Source of the DNA: Bacteroidota bacterium
Lineage (GTDB): Bacteria > Bacteroidota > Ignavibacteria > SZUA-365
Direction of reading: 5' to 3'
Assembly (NCBI GenBank): GCA_018224415.1
Contig: JAGTUZ010000199.1
Location: 1 to 43,366 of the forward strand
DNA: 43,366 nucleotides
A program made the translations under genes and the position numbers. The notes under the pieces are model-generated. The model saw only the letters and a list, made by a program, of their open reading frames with translations. It did not search any database and was not told the DNA's origin. Position 1 is the stretch's first letter; every line of letters begins with the position of its first letter. Positions 7,395-17,000 of the stretch are shown here, in pieces.

Positions 7395-8216
7395 ATGAAA
7401 ACGATCCGTATGAACCTGACCCCATACATCTTGCTTCTGCTTCTTCTTCCCGTCCTTGGCTGCAGCGACGACGACGACGGCCCCGCATCGCAGCAGCTCG
7501 ATATGGCGCTGGTCCCCGCCGGCAGCTTCACCATGGGCGATCAGGTCGGGGATGGCTTTGCCGAGGAAAAACCGACGCGCAGCGTGACGCTGTCGGGCTT
7601 CTACATGTCCAATCATGAGGTCACGCAGAAACTGTATCAGGAGATCATGGGCGAGAATCCCAGCCACAACAAGGGCGACAGCCGTCCGGCGGAAAACATG
7701 ACCTGGTTCAAGGCGCTGGAATTCTGCAATGCGTTGTCGGCGAAACACGGCTACACGCCTTGCTACAGCGACATTGCCGGAACACCTGCGGTGGATATGA
7801 ACGCGAACGGCTACCGCCTGCCCACGGAGGCGGAATGGGAATATGCCTGCCGCGCGGGCACCGCGACCAATTACCACACCGGAAACGGCGAGGCGAATCT
7901 CGCCCGTGCGGGCTGGTATTCGGGTAATACCAACGGGTCGACGCAGGACGTCGGAAAGAAGGAAGCCAATTCCTTCGGTCTCTTCGACACGCACGGCAAT
8001 GTGTTCGAATGGTGCTGGGATTGGTACAAATCCGACTATTACAAGGATGGCGGCACGAGCAATCCGACCGGACCTTCCGGGGGAAGCGAACGCGTCTGCC
8101 GGGGTGGGTCGTATTTCGTTTTCGAGTACGGGTGCCGCTCTTCGTTCCGCTCCTATCTCAAGCCGAGCATCCCGAGCAGGGACATCGGCATCCGACTCGT
8201 GCGCAAGGCGTCGTGA
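7395..8216 (+). CDS. Formylglycine-generating-enzyme (SUMF1/FGE-sulfatase) family lipoprotein
   Basis: ORF 7314..8216 trimmed to ATG 7395. The signal plus lipobox is MKTIRMNLTPYILLLLLLPVLGC followed by SDDDD. The FGE-family core is MVLVPAGSFTMGD, YMSNHEVTQ, RLPTEAEWEYACRAG, GNVFEWCWDW and RVCRGGS. Confidence 0.85.
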   Translation: MKTIRMNLTPYILLLLLLPVLGCSDDDDGPASQQLDMALVPAGSFTMGDQVGDGFAEEKPTRSVTLSGFYMSNHEVTQKLYQEIMGENPSHNKGDSRPAENMTWFKALEFCNALSAKHGYTPCYSDIAGTPAVDMNANGYRLPTEAEWEYACRAGTATNYHTGNGEANLARAGWYSGNTNGSTQDVGKKEANSFGLFDTHGNVFEWCWDWYKSDYYKDGGTSNPTGPSGGSERVCRGGSYFVFEYGCRSSFRSYLKPSIPSRDIGIRLVRKAS

Positions 8217-8415
8217 CCAGCGAATCCGAGTCTGTCAGATGCGGAACCTGAATCTGCCTGCTACGGAACTCGAAACGGTGTGACGGCGGTTGAGGAGGAG
8301 GGCTCACGCGCCCGTGTTGGTGATCAATTAGCGCATTGCATCGGACGCAGGCAATGCGTAGAATGAACCGAATGTGTCCACACGATTTCGATTAATCCCT
8401 ATAGAGGCTGGTGTT

Positions 8416-10017
8416 ATGTTCAAGCAGAAGTTTTCCGTCGTGAGCGTGTTCATCCTGCTTGTGTTCGGCGTGTTCATGGGTACGCAGATCCGTGCGATCT
8501 CCGAGGACAACATCTATGAGCAGTTCAACAAGTTCAAGGACGTGCTCAACTACACGCAGAAATATTACGTCGACGAGGTGAAGGCCGGCGACCTGGTCAC
8601 GCACGCCATCGAGGGCATGCTCAAGTCGCTCGATCCGCATTCGGTGTACATCAGCCCCAAACAGCTCGAGAAAGTGCAGGAAGATTTCAAGGGGAGCTTC
8701 GAGGGCATCGGCATCGAATTCCGCATCGTCAACGACACCATCACCGTGGCCAACGTGATCTTCGGGGGTCCGTCGGAGAAAGTTGGTCTGCTCACGGGCG
8801 ACAAGATCGTGGAAATTGGCGGAGAGACTGCCGTCAAGCTGCAGAACGAGGACGTACAGAAGAAGCTTCGCGGCGAGAAGGGGACGAAGGTCACTGTCGC
8901 GGTGATGCGTCCCGGCGTGACGGCCCCGATCGACATCACCATCACGCGTGACAAGATTCCGCTCTACAGTGTGACTGCCAGCTTCCTGCTCGATGACGGC
9001 GTCGGCTATATGAGCATCAACCGCTATGCCGCGAACACCTACGACGAGTTCATCGACGGCCTGCGTCAGCTCAAGCAGCAAGGCATGAACAAGCTGGTGC
9101 TTGACCTGCGCTCCAATCCCGGCGGCTATCTCGAGCAGAGTTTCCGCATGGCCAACGAGTTCCTCAAGCGCGGCCAGAAAATTGTCTACACCAAAGGACG
9201 CCGTTCCGATTTCGATGAGAACTACGTGGCTACCGGCGGTGGAGAATTCCAGGACCTGCCGCTGATCATCCTCATCAACAACGGCAGCGCCTCAGCCAGC
9301 GAAATCGTTTCCGGCGCGGTGCAGGACCATGACCGCGGTTTGATCGTCGGCGAGACGTCCTTCGGCAAGGGCCTCGTGCAGCGGCAGTTTGAACTTTCCG
9401 ACGGCTCTGCCTTCCGCCTCACCACGGCGCGTTATTACACGCCGAGCGGGCGCATCATCCAGCGGCCCTACAGCGAGGACGACGAGGAATACTACCGCGA
9501 GGCCTATATGCGCGAGGAGGAGTCGAGCAACAATGTCGAGCATACCTCGGAAGCCGATACCTCGCGTCCGAAGCATGAAACCGCAGGCGGACGCATCGTG
9601 TACGGCGGCGGTGGCATCACGCCCGATTATATCGTGCGCTACGAAAACCTCGAGCAGTATGCTGCACGCATGCGCTTCCACATTTTCGAATTCATCACGG
9701 CCTATCTCGACAAGCAGGGCGCCCGCCTTCGCGAGCAGTACGAGAAACCTGGCGCCCAGCAGTTCGTGAGCGAATTCAAGATCGGCGAGGCGATGATGCA
9801 GGACTTCATCGAATTCGGCAAGGCACGGGACGTCGAATTCAACCAGGAACAATACGACGCGGACAAGGACTGGCTGCGCGCCTCGCTGAAGGCCCAGATC
9901 GCCCGCACGCTGTTTGGCAACGAAGGCCAGTTCCGCGTGCTGCTGGCGGTGGATCCGCAGTTCCAGAAAGCCGTGATGCTTTTCCCTGAAGCAAGGAAAA
10001 TCGCTGGACTGCGCTGA
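8416..10017 (+). CDS. S41 family C-terminal processing (tail-specific) peptidase with PDZ domain
   Basis: ORF 8374..10017 trimmed to ATG 8416 (MFKQKFSVVSVFILLVFGVFMG). It has a PDZ (GIGIEFRIVNDTITV...GGPSEKVGLLTGDKIVEIGG). Catalytic motifs are LDLRSNPGGYL, GSASASEI (the Ser) and TSFGKGLVQ (the Lys). Confidence 0.9.
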   Translation: MFKQKFSVVSVFILLVFGVFMGTQIRAISEDNIYEQFNKFKDVLNYTQKYYVDEVKAGDLVTHAIEGMLKSLDPHSVYISPKQLEKVQEDFKGSFEGIGIEFRIVNDTITVANVIFGGPSEKVGLLTGDKIVEIGGETAVKLQNEDVQKKLRGEKGTKVTVAVMRPGVTAPIDITITRDKIPLYSVTASFLLDDGVGYMSINRYAANTYDEFIDGLRQLKQQGMNKLVLDLRSNPGGYLEQSFRMANEFLKRGQKIVYTKGRRSDFDENYVATGGGEFQDLPLIILINNGSASASEIVSGAVQDHDRGLIVGETSFGKGLVQRQFELSDGSAFRLTTARYYTPSGRIIQRPYSEDDEEYYREAYMREEESSNNVEHTSEADTSRPKHETAGGRIVYGGGGITPDYIVRYENLEQYAARMRFHIFEFITAYLDKQGARLREQYEKPGAQQFVSEFKIGEAMMQDFIEFGKARDVEFNQEQYDADKDWLRASLKAQIARTLFGNEGQFRVLLAVDPQFQKAVMLFPEARKIAGLR

Positions 10018-10050
10018 GTAAACGAAAGTGAACAACTCGTTCGATACATT

Positions 10051-10080
10051 GAAACGTGGTTCCGTTCGGAACCACGTTTC
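10051..10080 (+). terminator. Perfect 13-bp-stem / 4-nt-loop hairpin 34 nt after the S41 peptidase stop (putative terminator or attenuator; no U tract)
   Basis: The sequence gaaacgtggttcc-gttc-ggaaccacgtttc was read directly. It lies inside the 5' part of track ORF 10028..11002. Confidence 0.5.
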
Positions 10081-10132
10081 CCGTTACACAGCGGACAGAT
10101 GCACGAGGCGGCGGTCGTGCGTCGCGTTTCCA

Positions 10133-11002
10133 TTGGCGCTGCCGCCTCTCGATCGGCTGATTGTCCCTGCGCTTCTGTTGCTCCCCGCGCTGTTGATCGC
10201 GCTGCTGCTGTCGCAGACGGCTTCGGCACAACAGGGGAGATCATTCTCCGGTTGTCCGATATCCTCGGCCAATAGCGCTTGCTTCCAGGCAGGAGAGGAA
10301 CTGCAATACGAGGTCAGCTACCTGGGTATCGGACTGGGCACCATCAGCACGCGTGTGAACGCTGTGCAGACGGGAGCGGGAGAGCGGCGGATTTCCGCCG
10401 AGTGCCTGATCCGCACGTACAAGGGCGTGCCTTTTGTCACGCTCAACACATTGTTCCAGACCGTTATGGGCGATTCGCTCGAATCGCTGCGATTCCGCAA
10501 CCGGGAGTATCTTGCGGGCGAAAAGGTGTTCAAGGAAATCCTTTACACGTTTCCAAAAAACCTTGACCGCGTCTATATTTCCGAGGAGGTCGAGCGGCAT
10601 CCCGAATGGGCGAAGCAGGACACGCTCGAATTGGAAGGGAAGCGCTGGCAGGACGGGCTTTCGCTCTTCTACTACGCCCGGGCCTTCTCGCACGACAGAA
10701 GGCGCTGCAAGGTGCCCGTGCTCATGTACCGCACCAAGGCGACCACGGAAATCCACTTCGGCGTAAAGGAAGAGGAGGAAGACATCGACGCGGTGGAGTA
10801 CGACATCCGTTGCACCAAGCTGGAAGGGGAGACGGGCTTCACCGGCATTTTCGGGCTGACCGGCGGTTTCGAGGGCTGGTTCAGCGACGACGAGGCCGCG
10901 ATACCCATCCGGGCAAAAATGCATGTGCTCATCGGGAGCATCAACATCGAACTCGTCAAATGGAAGCGCAAGGGCTGGAAGCCACCGCGCGCAGAGGATT
11001 AA
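10133..11002 (+). CDS. DUF3108 domain-containing exported protein
   Basis: Frame of ORF 10028..11002 (GTG). The start is moved downstream of the hairpin to the in-frame TTG at 10133, giving signal peptide ALPPLDRLIVPALLLLPALLIALLLSQTASAQ. The DUF3108-like opening is GEELQYEVSYLGIGLGTIS... The start call is uncertain. Confidence 0.7.
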   Translation: MALPPLDRLIVPALLLLPALLIALLLSQTASAQQGRSFSGCPISSANSACFQAGEELQYEVSYLGIGLGTISTRVNAVQTGAGERRISAECLIRTYKGVPFVTLNTLFQTVMGDSLESLRFRNREYLAGEKVFKEILYTFPKNLDRVYISEEVERHPEWAKQDTLELEGKRWQDGLSLFYYARAFSHDRRRCKVPVLMYRTKATTEIHFGVKEEEEDIDAVEYDIRCTKLEGETGFTGIFGLTGGFEGWFSDDEAAIPIRAKMHVLIGSINIELVKWKRKGWKPPRAED

Positions 11003-11015
11003 CACGAGGAAGTCC

Positions 11016-11588
11016 ATGATCTATCCGTATGAAGGGAAGTACCCGGAAATCCACCCATCCGTGTTCATGACCGACGATGTTGTCATCGTCGGCGACGTGC
11101 ATGTCGCCGAGCAGGCCAACATCTGGTTCGGGACCGTCATCCGCGGCGATGTCAACCGCGTCGAGATCGGTGCACGCAGCAATCTCCAGGACAACTGTAC
11201 ACTGCACGAAACCTGGAAGAAACACCGCCTCGTGATCGGAGCCGATGTCACGGTTGGACACGGCGCCATTCTCCACGGCTGCACAATCGAAGACGGCTGC
11301 CTGATCGGTATGGGCGCAAAGGTTCTGGACCGCGCCGTTGTTGGCAGCGAATCCCTCGTCGCCGCGGGCGCCGTGGTGCGCGAAGGTTTCGAAGTGCCTC
11401 CGGGGTCACTGGTCGCAGGCGTGCCCGCGAAGGTCGTGCGTCCCCTCAACGATGAGGAACGTGCGGGCGGACGGCAGTCCGCAGCCAATTACCTGTTTTA
11501 TGTCGAGCAGTACCGGCTCCACCGCGATCTCGAACGCGGACTGGATTTCCACTCCTATCTCGAATACAAGCGGACGGGACGCTTATGA
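11016..11588 (+). CDS. Gamma-class carbonic anhydrase family / hexapeptide-repeat (LbH) protein
   Basis: ORF 10923..11588 trimmed to ATG 11016 (MIYPYEGKYPEIHPSVF). The left-handed beta-helix repeats are VIVGDVHVAEQANIWFGTVIRGD... and IGADVTVGHGAILHGCTIEDGCLIGMGA. The stop overlaps the nadC start (ATGA). Confidence 0.85.
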   Translation: MIYPYEGKYPEIHPSVFMTDDVVIVGDVHVAEQANIWFGTVIRGDVNRVEIGARSNLQDNCTLHETWKKHRLVIGADVTVGHGAILHGCTIEDGCLIGMGAKVLDRAVVGSESLVAAGAVVREGFEVPPGSLVAGVPAKVVRPLNDEERAGGRQSAANYLFYVEQYRLHRDLERGLDFHSYLEYKRTGRL

Positions 11589-12502
11589 GACTCTCCGTTC
11601 TTCACGACAGCGCCATGCTGCAGCGCCTCGAGGCAGCATTGCGCGAGGATGTCGGGACCGGCGACATCACCACGGAATGCACCGTGCCGTCGGATCTCGC
11701 CGGCGAAGGGGTGTTTACCGCGAAGGCCAACGGCGTGCTTTCAGGCATGGAGGTTGCAGCGACGGTGTTCCAACTCGTCGACGATAACCTGGTCATCGAC
11801 GCGAAATATACCGACGGCATGCCGGTGCTGCGCGGAAGCGACATCGCCCGCGTGACGGGGAGCGTTGCTTCGATGCTCACCGCCGAGAGAGTGGCACTCA
11901 ATTTTCTTCAGCGCATGAGCGGTATCGCCACGGCAACGGCGTCCTTCATGCGGCTGGTGGAGGACACGGACGTGCAAATCCTCGACACGCGCAAGACCGT
12001 CCCGGGCCTGCGGGCGTTTGACAAGCTCGCGGTGCGGCACGGACGCGGTACGAACCACCGCTTCGGCCTCGACGACATGGTGCTGATCAAGGACAACCAC
12101 ATCGCCGCTGCGGGCGGCATCACCGCCGCGGTGGAGCTGGTGACAGCACGGTTGCCCAGTGACCGCGGCATCGAGCCCAGGGACCGCGGCATCGAGCCCA
12201 GGGACCGCGGCATCAAGGTGGAACTCGAGGTTGCCGATCTCAACCAGCTTATCGAAGCGCTTGGCTGCAAGGGAGTGGACATCATCATGCTCGACAATTT
12301 CAGCATCGATGAAATGACAACCGCGGTGAAACTGATTCGCACGCAACGGCCTGACGTGTCCATCGAGGCCTCGGGCAATGTCAGCGAATCCAACGTGCGG
12401 GCCATCGCAGAGACCGGCGTCGACATGATATCCATCGGCGCGCTGACGCACAGCGTGCGGGCGCTCGATATTTCTTTCAACATTTCCGAGAGGAAGGACT
12501 GA
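11585..12502 (+). CDS. nadC: Nicotinate-nucleotide diphosphorylase (carboxylating), quinolinate phosphoribosyltransferase
   Basis: Motifs are LREDVGTGDITT, LTAERVALNFLQRMSGIAT, ILDTRKTVPGLR, AVRHGRGTNHRFGLDDMVLIKDNHI, IMLDNF and IEASGNV. It contains an in-frame repeat insertion. Confidence 0.92.
   Translation: MRLSVLHDSAMLQRLEAALREDVGTGDITTECTVPSDLAGEGVFTAKANGVLSGMEVAATVFQLVDDNLVIDAKYTDGMPVLRGSDIARVTGSVASMLTAERVALNFLQRMSGIATATASFMRLVEDTDVQILDTRKTVPGLRAFDKLAVRHGRGTNHRFGLDDMVLIKDNHIAAAGGITAAVELVTARLPSDRGIEPRDRGIEPRDRGIKVELEVADLNQLIEALGCKGVDIIMLDNFSIDEMTTAVKLIRTQRPDVSIEASGNVSESNVRAIAETGVDMISIGALTHSVRALDISFNISERKD
12161..12217 (+). repeat. In-frame 21-bp tandem repeat (gaccgcggcatcgagcccagg), 2 full copies plus 15 bp, encoding DRGIEPR DRGIEPR DRGIK inside nadC
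   Basis: Units sit at 12161-12181 and 12182-12202, with partial 12203-12217 carrying one substitution. Confidence 0.9.
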
Positions 12503-12505
12503 GGC

Positions 12506-13102
12506 GTGCTGCCCCCGTTTCCCTCGCGTGAGTTCATGACGGCCCGTCTTTCCGGAGGCGACCGGCGCACCCATTGCCGCGATGGGTATCGGCACGCCGC
12601 GGTACTGGTGCCGCTGATCGCGTCCGACGGAGACTGGGACGTGCTGCTGACCCGCCGCAACAGCGACCTGCCGCATCACCGTGGCCAGATCGCCTTGCCC
12701 GGCGGGAGCCTCGATGCGGGAGAAGACTGCGTGACGGCGGCGCTGCGCGAATGCGAGGAGGAAATCGGCATCTCCCGTGCGCGCATCGACCTGCTCGGTT
12801 GCCACGACGACATCTGGACACCTTCAGGATTCATCATTTCACCGGTCGTCGGCGTGCTCGACGGGATCGACGGCGTCGTTCCGAATCCCGCAGAAGTCGC
12901 ACGGGTATTCACGACACCACTGTCGTATTTTGCTGACGCCGACACGGCGCAGCGGCAGTTGCTCCGGCACGAGGGAGTGGAACGGGAAGTGTTTTTCTAT
13001 CGATGGGAGGGGGAAACCATCTGGGGCGCGACCGCACTCATATTGAGAAATCTGCTGATGCTCTTCGGCATGATCAACGGAGAAGGCCGGTCCATTGCAT
13101 GA
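12506..13102 (+). CDS. NUDIX hydrolase, CoA pyrophosphatase subfamily
   Basis: The Nudix box is GGSLDAGEDCVTAALRECEEEIGI. The CoA-pyrophosphatase signature is LLTRRNSDLPHHRGQIALPGG. The GTG start at 12506 is 3 nt after nadC; ATG 12536 is an alternative. Confidence 0.85.
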   Translation: MLPPFPSREFMTARLSGGDRRTHCRDGYRHAAVLVPLIASDGDWDVLLTRRNSDLPHHRGQIALPGGSLDAGEDCVTAALRECEEEIGISRARIDLLGCHDDIWTPSGFIISPVVGVLDGIDGVVPNPAEVARVFTTPLSYFADADTAQRQLLRHEGVEREVFFYRWEGETIWGATALILRNLLMLFGMINGEGRSIA

Positions 13103-13112
13103 ACCGGCCTTC
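13082..13112. terminator. 10-bp-stem hairpin spanning the NUDIX stop codon, between convergent genes
   Basis: The arms are gaaggccggt (13082-13091) and accggccttc (13103-13112), with an 11-nt loop that contains TGA 13100-13102. There is no clear U tract. Confidence 0.35.
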
Positions 13113-13166
13113 CTGTATTCGTCGGAATTGGCATGTGTCGTCGGTGATGGTCATGGGAGACCGTGG

Positions 13167-13628
13167 TCAGAACGGGTAGACAACCTCTGCAGTGTACATC
13201 GGACGGTCACCGCGGTCATGCCACTTGAGCACAAGGGTCTTGCAATGCCGCGAGAGCCGGTCGATATCACAGTGGTAGAACGTCTGCAGTACCGCGAATC
13301 GGCTCATGCGCGAATCCTCGTACTCATAGAGGGCGAGGGCGGCGAGCATGCGCATCGGGCAGCTTTCCTCGTTCTTCAGGATCGACATCAGCGGGATGAT
13401 GGCGTAGTCGAAATCATGGTCGGGATACACGCGGTTCAGATCAATGACCAACTGCATGTAGGACGCGCGGACCTCGGCTGACGGATTTTCCAGGCCGGCG
13501 ATGATATTTGTCCGGATGACGTTCTGCTGATTGTTAGCCAGCGGAGGATTGATTGACGCGGCGGAGAGCGATGCCGGGATGGCGAAGAGGGCGAGCATCG
13601 CGAACAATGTATGTAACAGGGACTTCAT
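13167..13628 (-). CDS. Small secreted hypothetical protein, weak HEAT/ARM-like helical repeats
   Basis: ORF 13167..13697 trimmed to ATG 13628, which is preceded by AGGAGG (ccaggaggccaccATG on the minus strand). The signal peptide is MKSLLHTLFAMLALFAIPASLSAAS. I recognise no family. Confidence 0.6.
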   Translation of the reverse strand: MKSLLHTLFAMLALFAIPASLSAASINPPLANNQQNVIRTNIIAGLENPSAEVRASYMQLVIDLNRVYPDHDFDYAIIPLMSILKNEESCPMRMLAALALYEYEDSRMSRFAVLQTFYHCDIDRLSRHCKTLVLKWHDRGDRPMYTAEVVYPF

Positions 13629-14057
13629 GGTGGCCTCCTGGCGGTCTTTCGGTGAAAACGATGAGATGATGGTAACAGGGCGGGTGTACGGGATCATTAT
13701 CGCAGTGTTTCACTTTCGACAAAGAAAAGGATGGGGACAAATTTGTGACCTGTCGTATACAATAAGATGAGTGTGTCCGATAACGAACCCTGCAACCTGC
13801 CCGTGTGAGGCGGATTCCGGAACCGTGCGCGTGATGTTCGCGGATTCTGGTTGTCTGTCCTGTAATCGCTTCCGTTCAAACCGATAAGGCGATGATGAAA
13901 TAGTCCGTGAATTTCCGTATTTATCCTGGAGCGGTTGCCCATCGCACCCCACCGCGCCCCAGGTCACGCAGAACCGAGAGCTACTATGAAACCCAAGTTC
14001 CGACCAGGACGCGGCGCGTCAACGTCGCCAGAGCACCATGCAGTATCCGTGCTTTTC

Positions 14058-17000
14058 ATGAAGATCCAGACATCCCCATCATATCACCATTTCCTGTCGC
14101 TCGCGTTCGTCGCGTTGCTGCTATGCCTGTCTGCGGAACGCGCATCGGCGCAGCTTGTCGTGCAGGAAGGCATTCCCCTCGAAAAGCTCGTCCGCAACCA
14201 TTTTATCGGCGCAGGTGCGCAGATCACAAATCTCGTGTATCGCGGTTTCCCGCGGTCGATCAGTTATTTTGACGGGACGAAAAGCAATCTCGGCATTGAC
14301 AAGGGCATCCTGCTCACATCGGGATGGGTGGGATTTGCGGTGGGACCCAACAGCGCCGACGACATCACCTTCGCCGCCAGTGCCGCGGGGGATCCGGATC
14401 TCACCAGCCTGGTTGGCGCGTTGACCTACGACGCCTGCGTGCTGGAATTTGACTTCGTGCCCTATCAGGACTCGGTCAGCTTCGAATACGTGTTCGGTTC
14501 GGACGAATACACCGAATACGTTGGTTCCCCTTTCAACGACGTCTTCGCCTTTTTCATCAGCGGCCCGGGGATAAACGGGAAGGAAAACATTGCCCTTGTC
14601 CCGGGGAGCAACATCCCTGTGTCTATCAACAACGTCAACCACAACATCAACATCGACCACTACGTCAATAACTACATGGGCATGACGGTGGAGTACGATG
14701 GCTTCACCAAGGTGCTCAAGGCGAGGGCGAGCGTCGTTCCGTGCGAGACCTACCATCTCAAGCTGGCAATCAGTGATGTTGCGGATCCGTTTCTCGACTC
14801 CGGTGTGTTTCTCAAGTCCGGCAGCTTCGACGCGGGTGACGCGTTGAGCGTGATCGGCGTCCGTGATGCCTATGAAGATGGCTGCCAGCCGGGTCTGATC
14901 GAGATCCTTCGCGGCGGTACATTGGACAAACCGCTCACGGTGACCCTGCACATCCAGGGCAATGCCACGAACGGGACGGACTATTCGGCAATCAGCAGCA
15001 CCATCCTGTTCCAGCCGGGGCAGGACACCTACGTGATTCCAATACACGCACTGGCCGACGGCATTCCCGACAACAACGAGTGGGTGACGATATACATCCA
15101 GGATCTTTGCAATACCGGGCTCGTGCGCGATTCCATTCGCATTCTCGAGGCCCCGCCGCTCGACCTCCAGCTCACACCCGACACCGTGCTCTGCGAGGGC
15201 GAGTCGCTCGACCTGTCGGCAGTGATCACTGGCGGCTCCGGGGTCGTGTTTTTTTCCTGGGACGACGACGCCAGGACGCAGGCCACGATGCTCACCGTGC
15301 GTCCGCTCCAGGACCGCATCTATCACTTCACGGTGAAGGATTCACTGACGGGCTGCGAAATCTCCGACAGTGTGGTTGTCCTTGTCGAGAGACTGCCGAT
15401 CATCTACGCAGGGGAGGACACGCTGATCTGTCCGGGCGAGATCGTATCCCTCGGTTCGCCGGTGCTGGGAGCGACCGTCCCATATACGGTCGAATGGTCG
15501 CCGACGGTTGGTTTGAGTGATCCGTACTCCGCGATCACGATGGCGTCGCCTGCGAACACCACGACCTACATCTTCACGGTGCGCACGCAGGCCGGCTGCG
15601 AGGTGCACGACACCGTGACGGTGTCGGTATCGGATTTCACCTTTGATGCCGGGCCGGACACAACGATCTGCTTCGGCGAAGGCGTGGTAATCGGTGCTTC
15701 CGCCCGGAATGGCCAGACGCCGTACACATATCGCTGGACCCCATCGACGGGTCTGGACAATGCAAACATCGACACTCCTGTCGCGTCGCCTGCGGTGACA
15801 ACCACCTACCGGGTCATCGCAGCTGGAGCGGAAGGCTGCGAAATCGAAGACAGTGTGACGGTGATCGTAAACCGCATCGCCTTCGACGCGGGCCCCGACC
15901 GCAGAGTATGTCGCGGGTCGAGTGTAATCATCGGCGACACCGCGCAAAGCGTGTTCCCGCCACTGCGCTACACATGGACGCCCGCAATCAGTCTCGACGA
16001 TCCATGGAGTCCCACACCGGTCGCAAATCCCGCGAATCCGACTTTGTACATCGTCACCGTAACTGACGCACGCGGCTGCGTCGTGAAGGATACGGTTTTC
16101 GTTACGGTGAACGAGGTGGACATCGATGCTGGGGAGAATGTGGCGGTTTGTCCCGGCGAAAGCATCCAGCTGCAGGGCAGCGTGGCTCGCGGGCAGAACC
16201 CCTTCATCTGGCGTTGGTCGCCCGCAGCAAGCCTCAGCGACAGCACCGTTCGGAATCCCGTAGCCACGCCGGCGACGAGCACGTGGTACGTTTTGACAGT
16301 GATCGACGGCAACGGTTGTGTGGACAGGGATTCCGTGCACGTGACCGTCTGGCCGGAGGCGCAGGTGGATATCAAGGTCGAAGGCAGCGCCGTGCTATGC
16401 CATGGCGACAGTGCGGTGCTGGACGCCGGGATGGGGTACAGGTCGTATCTGTGGTCCACCGGTGCAGTTTCACAGCGCATCGTTGTGCACGAACCCGGCA
16501 ACTACATCGTGGAGGTGACCTCGGCGGATGGTTGTCCGGTCGAGCCCGACACCATGCGCATTGAAGTCATCGACCGACCGACCCCGGTGATCGCGGGTCC
16601 ACTCACCGTCTGCGAAGGCGATTCCGTCCGTTTCTCCGTTTCCGAAGTGCCGGGCACCACATACCTTTGGCAGGTCTTCGGCGGCTTCATCCTTGACGGA
16701 CACGATACACACAGCATCGCCGTGCGCTGGGATGAGACCGGCACGTATGAAGTGGCGATCACGCAGATCTTCGGATCGGCGCTCTGCCGCGGCGACACGT
16801 CGATCATGGTCAGCGTGCTTCCCGCGCCGAGTCCGGTCATCAGTGTTTCGGGTCCGGTGATCTTTTGTGAGGGCGACAGTGTCCGTCTCGACGCCCCGGG
16901 CGGCTTTTCCTCATATCGCTGGAGCAATGGCGACACCACTTCAAGCATCGTCGTCCGCGCCTCTGGCAGCTACGCTGTGACCGTGGCCAACGCCATCGGT

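Noticed and set aside
8331-8358. An 8-bp-stem hairpin cgcattgc...gcaatgcg upstream of the S41 peptidase gene
   Set aside because: The stem is short, the loop is 12 nt, and there is no U tract or conserved context. It is not distinguishable from chance in GC-rich DNA.
13629-14057. A 430-bp lower-GC intergenic region upstream of the adhesin gene, considered as a possible ncRNA (RNase P, SRP, 6S) or riboswitch
   Set aside because: I could not find any conserved core motifs of those RNAs or a convincing extended secondary structure by eye. It is left as an unannotated leader/promoter region. A covariance-model scan (Infernal/Rfam) would be decisive.
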